From contig JBPOGH010000001.1 of the NCBI GenBank assembly GCA_051252135.1, positions 128,001 to 192,000 of the forward strand: a stretch of 64,000 nucleotides of DNA, in the 5' to 3' direction. Position numbers and translations under genes: made by a program. The notes below the pieces were generated by a model. That model ran no database searches. It was not told the DNA's origin and was given only the letters and a program-made list of their open reading frames with translations. The DNA comes from Verrucomicrobiaceae bacterium. GTDB taxonomy: Bacteria > Verrucomicrobiota > Verrucomicrobiia > Verrucomicrobiales > Akkermansiaceae. This document shows, piece after piece, positions 39,453-48,077 of the stretch. Numbering within the stretch: the stretch's first letter is position 1; each line of letters opens with the position of its first letter.

Positions 39453-40519
39453 AGTTGGATGTCCGGGTAGGAACCCAGAATTTTGACAACCGAGCAGTGG
39501 GTCTCAAGATCGGCAAGGGCCTTTTGGACCGCCTCGTCGTCGCAATGCCCTGCAAAATCGACGTAAAAGATGTATTCCCAATCCTTTTGTTTGGAGGGGC
39601 GGGATTCGATCTTGGACATGTTGATCTCGAACGAGTCAAAGGCCTGGAGGGCTTTGACCAGCGAGCCGGGGCGATCGTGAACCGAAAAAAGAATCGAAGT
39701 CCGATCGTTGCCTGTGGGGGGGCAGGTTTCTTCACCGATTACGAGGAATCGGGTGGTATTGGTGGCCCGATCCTGAATGGAAGTTTCGAGCAATTTCAGG
39801 CCGTTTAGTTCGGCGGCCAAGGCTCCCCCGAGCGCTGCCGCACCATCCGCCCTGTTCTTTTGGGCGAGTTGGGCTGCTTTGGTTGTCGACGAGACTTCCA
39901 CGAGGTCGGCATCCGGAAAGTTTTGAAGAATCCAGGTGCGGCACTGACCGAATACCTGAGGATGGGAGTAGAGGGTTTTGATTTCCTCGCGAGGAATGGC
40001 GGCCATTAGCCCATTCTCGATGCGGAGAAGAATTTGGGCGCAGATTCGGAGGGGGGATTCGACGAAAAGATCAAGAGTGTGTGAAACGGCCCCTTCGGTA
40101 GAGTTCTCGATAGGGACTACGCCGTAGGTGGCGTGTCTGCGAGTCACGTGATCAAAGACTTCGGCGAAGTTGGGAAGGGCGTGATACTCCACCGAATGTC
40201 CGAATTTCTTGATAGCGGCCTGATGGGTCCAGGTACCCTCGGGGCCGAGATAGGCAATTTTCAGGTCGTCTTCAAGGGCGAGAGCGGCTGACATGATTTC
40301 GCGATAAATGGCATGAATTGATTTATCGGGGAGGCGGCCCTTGTTCTTTTTGGAGAGGGCTTCCAGAAGCGCATGTTCTCTTTCAGGAGCGTATATTTGA
40401 AGGCCCTCTTTCTTTTTTATCACCCCGACTTCGTGAACGAGGTCGGCTCTTTGGGAAAGGAGCTCAAGGAGCTGGGTATCGATGGTATCGATCTCTTTGC
40501 GAATGTCGTCGAGAGGCAT
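39449..40519 (-). CDS. pheA: Chorismate mutase/prephenate dehydratase
   Basis: N-terminal chorismate mutase domain; YLGPEGT, PIENSTEG, TRF and ESRP. Confidence 0.96.
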   Translation of the reverse strand: MPLDDIRKEIDTIDTQLLELLSQRADLVHEVGVIKKKEGLQIYAPEREHALLEALSKKNKGRLPDKSIHAIYREIMSAALALEDDLKIAYLGPEGTWTHQAAIKKFGHSVEYHALPNFAEVFDHVTRRHATYGVVPIENSTEGAVSHTLDLFVESPLRICAQILLRIENGLMAAIPREEIKTLYSHPQVFGQCRTWILQNFPDADLVEVSSTTKAAQLAQKNRADGAAALGGALAAELNGLKLLETSIQDRATNTTRFLVIGEETCPPTGNDRTSILFSVHDRPGSLVKALQAFDSFEINMSKIESRPSKQKDWEYIFYVDFAGHCDDEAVQKALADLETHCSVVKILGSYPDIQL

Positions 40520-40537
40520 GAAAATTTTGGTGGGTGA

Positions 40538-41305
40538 TTATTCTTTCTCGGACGGGGCCGGCGAGGCGAAGTCTTCCTCTGCGGGAGCATCCGCCTGGTT
40601 GTCTTCACTTGATTTTTCAACGGCACTCAAAGCGAGCTGGGTTTCGGGATCGGTTTGTGGTGTCTCCTCGGGCTCACCTTGGGGGAGTTGGATTTGACGA
40701 AGTTCTCCGATATTTGGGAGATCGTTGATCCCGGTGATGCCAAAGTGTTCGAGAAAGAGATCCGTGGTGGCATAGAGGAGGGGGCGGCCCGGCAGATCGG
40801 CACGTCCTTCGATTTTGACCAGTTCGCGATCCAGCAATTTTTGAAGCATGCCGTCACAGGAAACTCCGCGAACGGCCTCGATGGCAGCCTTGGTAACCGG
40901 TTGACGGTATGCGATGACGGCAAGGGTCTCCATGGCGGGAGCGCTGAGGCGCTCGGGTTTGCGCCCGGGGAAAAGTTGACTGACAAAGCCGCCGTAATCG
41001 GAGATTGTTTGGATTTTCCATCCTTTGGCGCGGTCGGAGATATTGAAGGACCGTCCGGTTATCTCGTAGTTGCGATTGAGTTCGGCGATGGATTTGACCA
41101 CATCATCTTCGGTTGTCTTGGCAAGGAGTGGGATATCGAGATCACTTTCGGGATTTTTATCATCACTGGGAACTCCGGTGTCTTCAGTGATCGAATCATC
41201 GGACAGTTCAGCGGCCCGGGCCCGGACAAGTCGGGCGAGCTCTGCAGATGAAAGCGGGGCTTCCGAGGCAATCAGGAGGGATTCGAGTATCGAGGAAAGA
41301 TCCAT
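40538..41305 (-). CDS. scpB: SMC-Scp complex subunit ScpB
   Basis: LS..AMETLAVIAYRQPVT...IEAVRGV and PGRPLLYATT..FL.HFG. Confidence 0.95.
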   Translation of the reverse strand: MDLSSILESLLIASEAPLSSAELARLVRARAAELSDDSITEDTGVPSDDKNPESDLDIPLLAKTTEDDVVKSIAELNRNYEITGRSFNISDRAKGWKIQTISDYGGFVSQLFPGRKPERLSAPAMETLAVIAYRQPVTKAAIEAVRGVSCDGMLQKLLDRELVKIEGRADLPGRPLLYATTDLFLEHFGITGINDLPNIGELRQIQLPQGEPEETPQTDPETQLALSAVEKSSEDNQADAPAEEDFASPAPSEKE

Positions 41306-41481
41306 GTGGGAGGCAGGAGATTAGGGGGCGTTTCCCAGAATTCAAGAGCGTGCTGCACTCCAATTCGGAAAATCCGCTTGCGCCATGACATCAAAGTGAC
41401 TAACCAATGCCGCCCTTATTCCTGTCCAGACGGTTACCCAACTGATTCCGGAATGGCTAAATCCGATTCCGATAATTTCCT

Positions 41482-42381
41482 ATGGCTAAAAAAGCTGCAA
41501 AAAAGAAAGTTGCCAAGAAGGCTGTTAAAAAGGCCGCTGTGAAGAAAACTGCTCCTAAAAAGGTGGTCAAGAAAGCTGCAAAAAAAGCAGCCAAAAAGGC
41601 CGTTAAGAAGGTTCCTGCCAAGAAAAAGGTAGCGAAGAAAGCAGCGAAAAAAGTAGCCAAGAAAGCCACTAAAAAGGCCGCGAAGAAGGCTGCGCCCAAG
41701 AAACAGGCTGTTAAGAAAGCTTCTTCAAAACCGGCAAAAAAAGCTCCTGCCAAGAAGTCGGTCGTGAAGAAGGCGTCTTCAAAACCAGCGAAAAAAGCCT
41801 CTGCTAAGAAGGCCGCAGTCAAAGCTCCGGCAAAAAAGGCAGCCGTAAAGGTATCTGTTAAGAAGGCAGCGAAGAAGGTGACACGTCGTACTCCGGCAAA
41901 GAAAAAGGAGGAGGAAATCATTGAACCTCCGGTGGTTAAACGTGCGTATGTCAAGCCTGAGAAGGTTGCAAAGCTGACGGTTTTTCAAAAGAAACAGCAG
42001 AAGAATCTCATGAGCTTGCGCGATGAGATCATGGATATGATGTATGGGATGCAGAAAGACACCATCAAGAATCCAGCCGAAGGTTCGGAGGCTACCGGGA
42101 GTGGAATGCACCAGGCCGATGCCGGAACCGACTCATACGATCGCGATTTTGCCCTGAACCTTCTGTCGAAGGAGGCGGATGCGGTGAACGAAATTGAAAG
42201 TGCGCTTCAGCGACTGGAACTTGGGACTTACGGGATTTGCGAGGCTTCGGGCGACAAGATTCCCCAGGCACGTCTTGAGGCGATTCCGTTTGCCCGTCTG
42301 ACGGTGGAGGAGCAGAGCAAGCTGGAGCGGCAAAGCAGGGATTATCAGGTTCCGGGCCGAGATGCGTTCGGTTTCAACTAA
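41482..42381 (+). CDS. dksA: TraR/DksA family regulator with histone H1-like Lys/Ala N-terminus
   Basis: About 140 aa of KKAAKK repeats, then HQADAGTD and ALQRLELGTYGIC...RLEAIPFA. Confidence 0.88.
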   Translation: MAKKAAKKKVAKKAVKKAAVKKTAPKKVVKKAAKKAAKKAVKKVPAKKKVAKKAAKKVAKKATKKAAKKAAPKKQAVKKASSKPAKKAPAKKSVVKKASSKPAKKASAKKAAVKAPAKKAAVKVSVKKAAKKVTRRTPAKKKEEEIIEPPVVKRAYVKPEKVAKLTVFQKKQQKNLMSLRDEIMDMMYGMQKDTIKNPAEGSEATGSGMHQADAGTDSYDRDFALNLLSKEADAVNEIESALQRLELGTYGICEASGDKIPQARLEAIPFARLTVEEQSKLERQSRDYQVPGRDAFGFN

Positions 42382-42473
42382 CCCAAGACTGCAAAAAAAT
42401 CTATTTTTCACCCGCGTTGAGAAACTTTCTCATCGCGGGTGGATTATATCCGGCTAAGACTTGAAGCAATCGA

Positions 42474-43823
42474 ATGAAGAACACACTTATGATCGCAGTG
42501 GCCTGCCTCCTCACCGGAGGTGCCGTAGGATATCTGGCTGGAAATAATTCCGAGGAAGTTTCAAAGGAAGTAGAAAGGGAAGCCTCCCTCCGGATCGGTG
42601 ACCGGGATCGTTCGGCTACGTCGCGCGACAAGTCATCCGCTAGTAACACACGGAGCTATGAGGATATAGCGGCACTTCCCGGACAAACGGCACGGATTCA
42701 GTCCCTCATCGAGTTGTACTCGGATCTGGATCCGTCGCAGTTTGCGGTGGAGGCGGAAAAGTTGGATGAGTTACCTTTTTCCGAGCGGATTCTGGCAGCA
42801 TACCTTTTGTTTGCAGCGTGGGCGGAAGTTTCTCCATATGATGCGATGGCCCATGCGAATACGAAGATGGGATTTGCGGGAAATTTTGTGAAGCCGACAG
42901 TTCTTCAAAGTTGGGCGGCCTCCGACCCTGCAGGTGCGGCTTCATACTACGAGTCGAATAAGCGGGAGTTTGCCATGATGGGGATGATGGGACGTGGTCC
43001 GGGAGGCGGGCAGTCCGGTGCCGGTGTGGTTGCTGCAGAATGGGCGAAGCAGGATCCTGATTCAGCGCTTACCTGGGCCAAGAGCCTGGAAGGCCGCGAT
43101 GCGGGGCAGGCTGTTTCCGGAGTTCTTACCGAGTTGGCTAAGACCGATCCGGCAAAAGCTGCTTCTATGATTAACGAGGTGGATGAGGCCGGCAGATCCC
43201 GCGCCTATGCGTCAATTGCGGGAGAGTGGGCAAAAAAGGATTGGGCGGCTACCGAATCCTGGTTGGCAACTCTTCCAGCAGATGAACGGGATCGTGCGAC
43301 AGGAAGCGCATTGAAATCTTTGGCGTCTACCAACACGTCACTTGCGGCGCAAAAAACATTGTCCCTCCCTGAAGGGGATGCCCGGTCAGATGCGATGGAG
43401 AATGTGGCCCGCGAAATGGCAAAAGAGAGTCCAACAGATGCCATGGGGTGGGTGATGAAAAATGGAAATGAAGATGCGCAGCGCAAAGCGGTAGGTGATG
43501 TGATTCGCGAATGGGCGAGCACTGATAGTAAAGCCGCGGTGACATGGATTAATGAGCAGGAGGGTGGTCCTGTTCGGGATGAGGCGGTGCAGTCTTATGT
43601 CTTCAGCAATCAAACGGGTAGTGCACGTGAATCAGTAATTCTTGCTGAAACGATCTCCGATGACCGGACACGGGACCGGACCCTGGGGATGTCGGCATTT
43701 CAGTGGATGAACGAGGACAAGGATGCCGCTCAAAGCTACATCGAGTCCACCGATGCCCTCAGCGAGGGAGCAAAAGAACGAATTCTGAATGGTGGTGGGC
43801 GTGGCCCCGGACCCGGCAGGTAG
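42474..43823 (+). CDS. Secreted or membrane-anchored helical repeat protein (W-x3-D-P-x2-A repeats)
   Basis: N-terminal hydrophobic helix; repeats WAASDPAGA, WAKQDPDSA, WAKKDWAA, WASTDSKAA. Confidence 0.8.
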   Translation: MKNTLMIAVACLLTGGAVGYLAGNNSEEVSKEVEREASLRIGDRDRSATSRDKSSASNTRSYEDIAALPGQTARIQSLIELYSDLDPSQFAVEAEKLDELPFSERILAAYLLFAAWAEVSPYDAMAHANTKMGFAGNFVKPTVLQSWAASDPAGAASYYESNKREFAMMGMMGRGPGGGQSGAGVVAAEWAKQDPDSALTWAKSLEGRDAGQAVSGVLTELAKTDPAKAASMINEVDEAGRSRAYASIAGEWAKKDWAATESWLATLPADERDRATGSALKSLASTNTSLAAQKTLSLPEGDARSDAMENVAREMAKESPTDAMGWVMKNGNEDAQRKAVGDVIREWASTDSKAAVTWINEQEGGPVRDEAVQSYVFSNQTGSARESVILAETISDDRTRDRTLGMSAFQWMNEDKDAAQSYIESTDALSEGAKERILNGGGRGPGPGR

Positions 43824-43903
43824 TGGCATTTGCCGTGGTTTTAGCGACGGTTGGGACCCGGAATATTTGACAGGGTGGGATGTTCTTCCCAATTTAGGGA
43901 AGG

Positions 43904-44329
43904 ATGGACGCTCCAACTGACAACTACGCGCTGGCCCGGATCGATCTTCCGGGTGCCAGCACCCATGGGTGGCAGGTTCGTCTCCAGCGCCGGGGGGTAA
44001 AGTATGGAAAGTATTTTGGGGACCGTGTTTTCGGGGGGCCGAGGCGTTCTTATCACGCGGCCCGGGAGTGGCGGGATCAGGTTCTTCAAAAGATCGAAGA
44101 TTCCGAGAAAGCGCGTATTTGTACCCGATCGGCGCGGAATCGCTCCGGGGTGGTGGGGGTGTCCAAAGTGACGGTATTCACAAATGGGGCAGAGTATCAA
44201 TTTTGGCAAGCAACATGGTCTCCATCTCCGGGGCGACGCCGGTGTGTGAAGTTTTCGGTCATGAGATATGGGGACGGTGAAGCCTTCAGATTGGCCGTGG
44301 AAGCAAGGGAAAACGGGATTGGTTGTTGA
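43904..44329 (+). CDS. Tandem AP2-domain protein
   Basis: GWQVRL...KYF...GG...AAREWRD and NRSGVVGV...WQATW...KFSV.RYG..EAF.LA..AR; purine-rich RBS-like AGGGAAGG before ATG. Confidence 0.8.
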   Translation: MDAPTDNYALARIDLPGASTHGWQVRLQRRGVKYGKYFGDRVFGGPRRSYHAAREWRDQVLQKIEDSEKARICTRSARNRSGVVGVSKVTVFTNGAEYQFWQATWSPSPGRRRCVKFSVMRYGDGEAFRLAVEARENGIGC

Positions 44330-44385
44330 AAGCTGTTGCGGAGTGCTTGCCTTTTGTGCGGAGGGAAGCTTTTCTAGCGCTGCAA

Positions 44386-45264
44386 ATGACGGAAACCTCT
44401 CCAATTGTCTGTAAAGTCACAAAATGGTTCATCTGGCGGGCGCTCTTGATGCTTGTGATGTTTGGTGGATTCGGTGCTTATTTTTTATATGACTGGAAGG
44501 TTGGTTATCCGCAAAAGAATCTCGTAATTGCTCATTATCAGGCTTTTAACGCTGCCGGAAGGGCATGGACGGTAGAGGAGCACCGGAACGACTGGGAGGC
44601 GTTTGCTTCCGAGCAGAAGATTCCTTTTGGTGACGATCTGTCGATTTATCCCGAAGGAACCGATTTTGAGGCCAAGTGGCCGGCGATTCTAGCCAACAAG
44701 GCTGAGATGAAGAAGAAGAGTGACGAAGGTCTTTGGAAGGAATACAGCGGGGAACGCGGATGGCCCCAGCAAATCGATCTCGAGGAGGATCCCAAGCCGG
44801 CATACAAGATTAAGGAGCAATTGATCGCGGCAATGGTGTGTCTTGCGCTGACGGCGATCGCGTTGTTTTTCCTCATCAGGACGAAGGGTCGACGGATGGT
44901 AGCTGATGACAAGGCCTACTACGATCCAAGTGGAAGTCGGATACCATATGTTCAAATGACAGAAATCGACAAGCGGAAGTGGGAGACCAAGGGGCTTGCG
45001 ACGATCACTTACAAGGATGAGTCCGGAGCTTTGAAAAAGGCGAAAGTCGATGGCATGATTTACGGGCAGTTCAAGGAAGAGGATGGAGCCCCGGCAGAGG
45101 CGCTTTTCCAGAGGATACTTGCCAATTTCCAGGGAGAGTTGATCGAATTGGTAGTGGAAGAAGATGATGAGGTGGAGGACGGGGATGCTCGTGAAAGCGA
45201 AGAATCTGAGGGCGATGACGGTGAAAAGAACTCCACGGAAGGGGAGAAGACGGAGAGAGATTAA
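44386..45264 (+). CDS. Hypothetical two-TM membrane protein with acidic tail
   Basis: Two hydrophobic helices; IDKRKW..KGLA motif; Glu/Asp-rich C-terminus. Confidence 0.75.
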   Translation: MTETSPIVCKVTKWFIWRALLMLVMFGGFGAYFLYDWKVGYPQKNLVIAHYQAFNAAGRAWTVEEHRNDWEAFASEQKIPFGDDLSIYPEGTDFEAKWPAILANKAEMKKKSDEGLWKEYSGERGWPQQIDLEEDPKPAYKIKEQLIAAMVCLALTAIALFFLIRTKGRRMVADDKAYYDPSGSRIPYVQMTEIDKRKWETKGLATITYKDESGALKKAKVDGMIYGQFKEEDGAPAEALFQRILANFQGELIELVVEEDDEVEDGDARESEESEGDDGEKNSTEGEKTERD

Positions 45265-45325
45265 ATTTTAGGGATTGCCAATTAGACAGGACGGCATTAA
45301 TCCCAAGACAGTTCCAACAAAAGCA

Positions 45326-45565
45326 ATGGCAGATAACATCCAAGAAAAAGTCACAGAAATCATCGTTGAGCAGCTCGGTGTGAGCGCAGATCAGGTTAAG
45401 CCTGAGGCCAAGTTGATCGAAGATCTCGGAGCCGACTCACTCGACGCAGTCGAGCTGGTCATGGCTGTGGAGGAAGAATTCGACATTGAGGTCCCCGACG
45501 AAGACGCTGAAAAGCTCGCTACCGTTGGAGACATCATTGTGCATGTCGAAAAGGCAGCCAGCTAG
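45326..45565 (+). CDS. acpP: Acyl carrier protein
   Basis: DLGADSLD phosphopantetheine motif. Confidence 0.97.
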   Translation: MADNIQEKVTEIIVEQLGVSADQVKPEAKLIEDLGADSLDAVELVMAVEEEFDIEVPDEDAEKLATVGDIIVHVEKAAS

Positions 45566-45592
45566 TTTCACGCTGAATTATTTTTGAATAGT

Positions 45593-45620
45593 GGCAGGTC
45601 CTTCGGGTCCTGCCCTTTTC
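45593..45620 (+). terminator. Terminator after acpP
   Basis: GGCAGG...CTTCGG...CCTGCC hairpin followed by TTTT. Confidence 0.7.
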
Positions 45621-45667
45621 ATTGGCCAGTCCCCGGATATTGGGTGATACTCCTTTAGCCCCTTCTA

Positions 45668-46192
45668 ATGCCGACCCCCGACGATTTTCAATACGCAATG
45701 GAGACCACCCGCGTCCTCCACGAACCTGACCGTCGGATCGATACATTTGGAACCACCAAATTTGAGTTCGAGATTTTGAGTGAGCAAATGGATTCGGTGA
45801 ACGTGGTCAAAGTGCGCCGTGGTGGGGTGGAGGCTCAAAAGCCTCAAATTGTGAAGCCTTCCATGATGTCGGACATCGAGCTGGAGGGGTTCGATCCTGC
45901 GGTTCTTCGCGTCATCGAGCACATGAAGGAGCAAGGCGTTGACCTTGGATTCCTGCAGTATGGGTTTCAGTTCAAGAGAAGTGAAATTGCAGAAGAGGTG
46001 GTCCATGATCACCTTGAAGCGGTGAAGGAGCGAGCTCTTGCAGAAGTGAGGAGGACCGGGAATCCATCTTTGGCGATCATTGAGAGTGTCGATGACGCGT
46101 GGGAAGTGGGAGTGATGAAATTTACGTTGGAAATGATTATGAAATCAGCTGACATCAACCGTTTTGATTTCCGCCGCAGAGGGCTGATGTAG
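45668..46192 (+). CDS. Hypothetical cytoplasmic protein
   Basis: 174-aa ORF with normal composition; RRIDTFG.T.F and VDDAWEV motifs; no function recognised. Confidence 0.75.
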   Translation: MPTPDDFQYAMETTRVLHEPDRRIDTFGTTKFEFEILSEQMDSVNVVKVRRGGVEAQKPQIVKPSMMSDIELEGFDPAVLRVIEHMKEQGVDLGFLQYGFQFKRSEIAEEVVHDHLEAVKERALAEVRRTGNPSLAIIESVDDAWEVGVMKFTLEMIMKSADINRFDFRRRGLM

Positions 46193-46209
46193 GCGGTCCC
46201 AGATTATTT

Positions 46210-47100
46210 ATGAAGGGTATTCTTACGGTCATCAAGGTGTTCGCAGCCCTCGCGGTGTTGGCGGTTCTTGGCGGATTGGTGATTTTTTTAAAGGAGTTCC
46301 GCAAGGACTTCGCGCAGCCTGCCGGAGCCAGCGAAGAGCGACTTGATAAGCTGATTGATGAGACCGAGGACTCTACCTTTAAGAGAGGAGAGAGGGAGTT
46401 CAACCGGGCAGTGGAGTTGATTGCGATGGAGCGACTCGACGACGCACGGGAGAAGCTCCTGTTTATCCAGAATCTTCATGCGGATTCTGAATTCGGCCCC
46501 GAAGCGAGACGAATACTTGGTGAGATCAATCTCGATCGCGTCCTTTCGGTGAGCAACATGAACAACAAGGAAGTGCATGTGGTTAAGTCAGGGGATTCGT
46601 TCCTCAGAATTGCCAATCAGCACGATACCACCCTTGACTGCATGATGTTCCTCAACGGCCTTCTTGATACCAATACGCTGCACCCGGGGGACGAATTGAT
46701 CGTAATGTCTCTCGATTTCAAGCTGGTGATCGACCTGGAGCGGGAGAGGGTGGAATTATTTGAGCGGGATGCTGAAAAAAAGGAGCACGTATTTACGAAG
46801 GATTATCCCATTATAAGAGCCGATGTGCCGGGATCGGGATCCAGGTCCCAGTATTCGAAGATTAGCGGTAAGGTGGGTGAAGATCGAGGACGGTCCTACC
46901 AGCCGATACATTCGAAGTATCGGAATGGGACAAAGGTGCTTACTTTCAAGTTGGGAGGTCGGATCATCCAATTGCGGCCAGTGCCCGAGGCTGACGAGGA
47001 GGATCCCGGTAGCGGGATTTTTCTTTCCAATTCCGATATGGAGGAATTGGCAATGTTGATTCGGGTTGGGAATGAAGTGGAAATTCGGCGTCGGAACTGA
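46210..47100 (+). CDS. Membrane-anchored LysM protein with degenerate YkuD-like domain
   Basis: N-terminal TM; LysM HVVKSGDSFLRIA...NGL...LHPGDELIV; YkuD-like C-terminus. Confidence 0.85.
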   Translation: MKGILTVIKVFAALAVLAVLGGLVIFLKEFRKDFAQPAGASEERLDKLIDETEDSTFKRGEREFNRAVELIAMERLDDAREKLLFIQNLHADSEFGPEARRILGEINLDRVLSVSNMNNKEVHVVKSGDSFLRIANQHDTTLDCMMFLNGLLDTNTLHPGDELIVMSLDFKLVIDLERERVELFERDAEKKEHVFTKDYPIIRADVPGSGSRSQYSKISGKVGEDRGRSYQPIHSKYRNGTKVLTFKLGGRIIQLRPVPEADEEDPGSGIFLSNSDMEELAMLIRVGNEVEIRRRN

Positions 47101-47123
47101 TAGCCTTAGCGCAGAGAAAATTT

Positions 47124-48077
47124 ATGGAACTGTTGGAATTTGAGAAACCGATCGCCGAACTGGAAGGTGAGCTTCTGAGACTTCGGGAGAAATCCTCATC
47201 CCAAGATATTGATCTTAGTGGCGAAATCTCGGCAATTGAGACAAAACTGGTGGATACGCGGCGGCGTATCTACGATAATCTCACTTCGTGGCAGCGTGTC
47301 CAGATTGCCAGACATTCCAAACGTCCCTTTATGCTAGATTACGTGGCCAAAGCCTTCGATCATTTCACCGAACTTCACGGTGATCGGATCATTGGTGACG
47401 ACCATTCCATGCCCGGAGGGTTTGGGACAATTGGAGGGCAGCGTTGCGTGGTGCTGGGTCATCAGAAGGGGCGGGATCTTAAAGAAAATCTCAAGCGTAA
47501 TTTCGGCTCGGCTCATCCTGAAGGGTATCGGAAGGCGTTGCGATTGATGGAGCTGGCCGAGAAATTTTCCTTACCCATTGTGGCGCTGATTGATACCCCC
47601 GGCGCCTTCCCGGGAATTGGAGCAGAGGAGCGAAATATTGCGGAAGCGATCGCGCGTAATTTGCGCGAGATGATGTTACTCAAAGTTCCTGTGATTTCCG
47701 TGGTTCTGGGAGAAGGTGGATCGGGAGGAGCACTGGGCATCGGGGTCGCGGATCGGGTTCTGATGATGGAAAACGCCTACTATTCGGTGATCAGTCCCGA
47801 AGGTTGTGCTGCCATTCTTTGGAAACACCGGAAGCATGCTCCCGAGGCCGCTGAGGCGATGAAGATTGCCGCTCCCGATTTGATGGAGTTGGGCTTGATT
47901 GATGGTGTAATTCCCGAGGTTCGCGGAGGAGCCCATCATGATGCTGAAGCTGCGGCTGCTGCGCTGCGCAGCGAGGTGGTTCGTCAAATCGAAGAGCTCA
48001 AGAAGCTTTCGGTGGAGGAACTCAGGACCCAGCGTTACGAAAAATTTAGGAAGTTCGGTTCCTGGTCCGAGGCTTAA
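47124..48077 (+). CDS. accA: Acetyl-CoA carboxylase carboxyltransferase subunit alpha
   Basis: LEFEKPI, ELHGDR, PEGYRKALR, DTPGA, GEGGSGGA and ISPEGCAAILW. Confidence 0.97.
   Translation: MELLEFEKPIAELEGELLRLREKSSSQDIDLSGEISAIETKLVDTRRRIYDNLTSWQRVQIARHSKRPFMLDYVAKAFDHFTELHGDRIIGDDHSMPGGFGTIGGQRCVVLGHQKGRDLKENLKRNFGSAHPEGYRKALRLMELAEKFSLPIVALIDTPGAFPGIGAEERNIAEAIARNLREMMLLKVPVISVVLGEGGSGGALGIGVADRVLMMENAYYSVISPEGCAAILWKHRKHAPEAAEAMKIAAPDLMELGLIDGVIPEVRGGAHHDAEAAAAALRSEVVRQIEELKKLSVEELRTQRYEKFRKFGSWSEA

Noticed and set aside
25235..41305. smc plus scpB as a Wadjet/Mks-type system
   Set aside because: Canonical full-length SMC with hinge; scpB is unlinked and no JetD-like nuclease is present.
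41482..41910. Repeat array or CRISPR-like periodicity (also 51230-51400)
   Set aside because: Degenerate coding repeats for Lys/Ala peptides, with no constant repeat-spacer structure and no cas genes.
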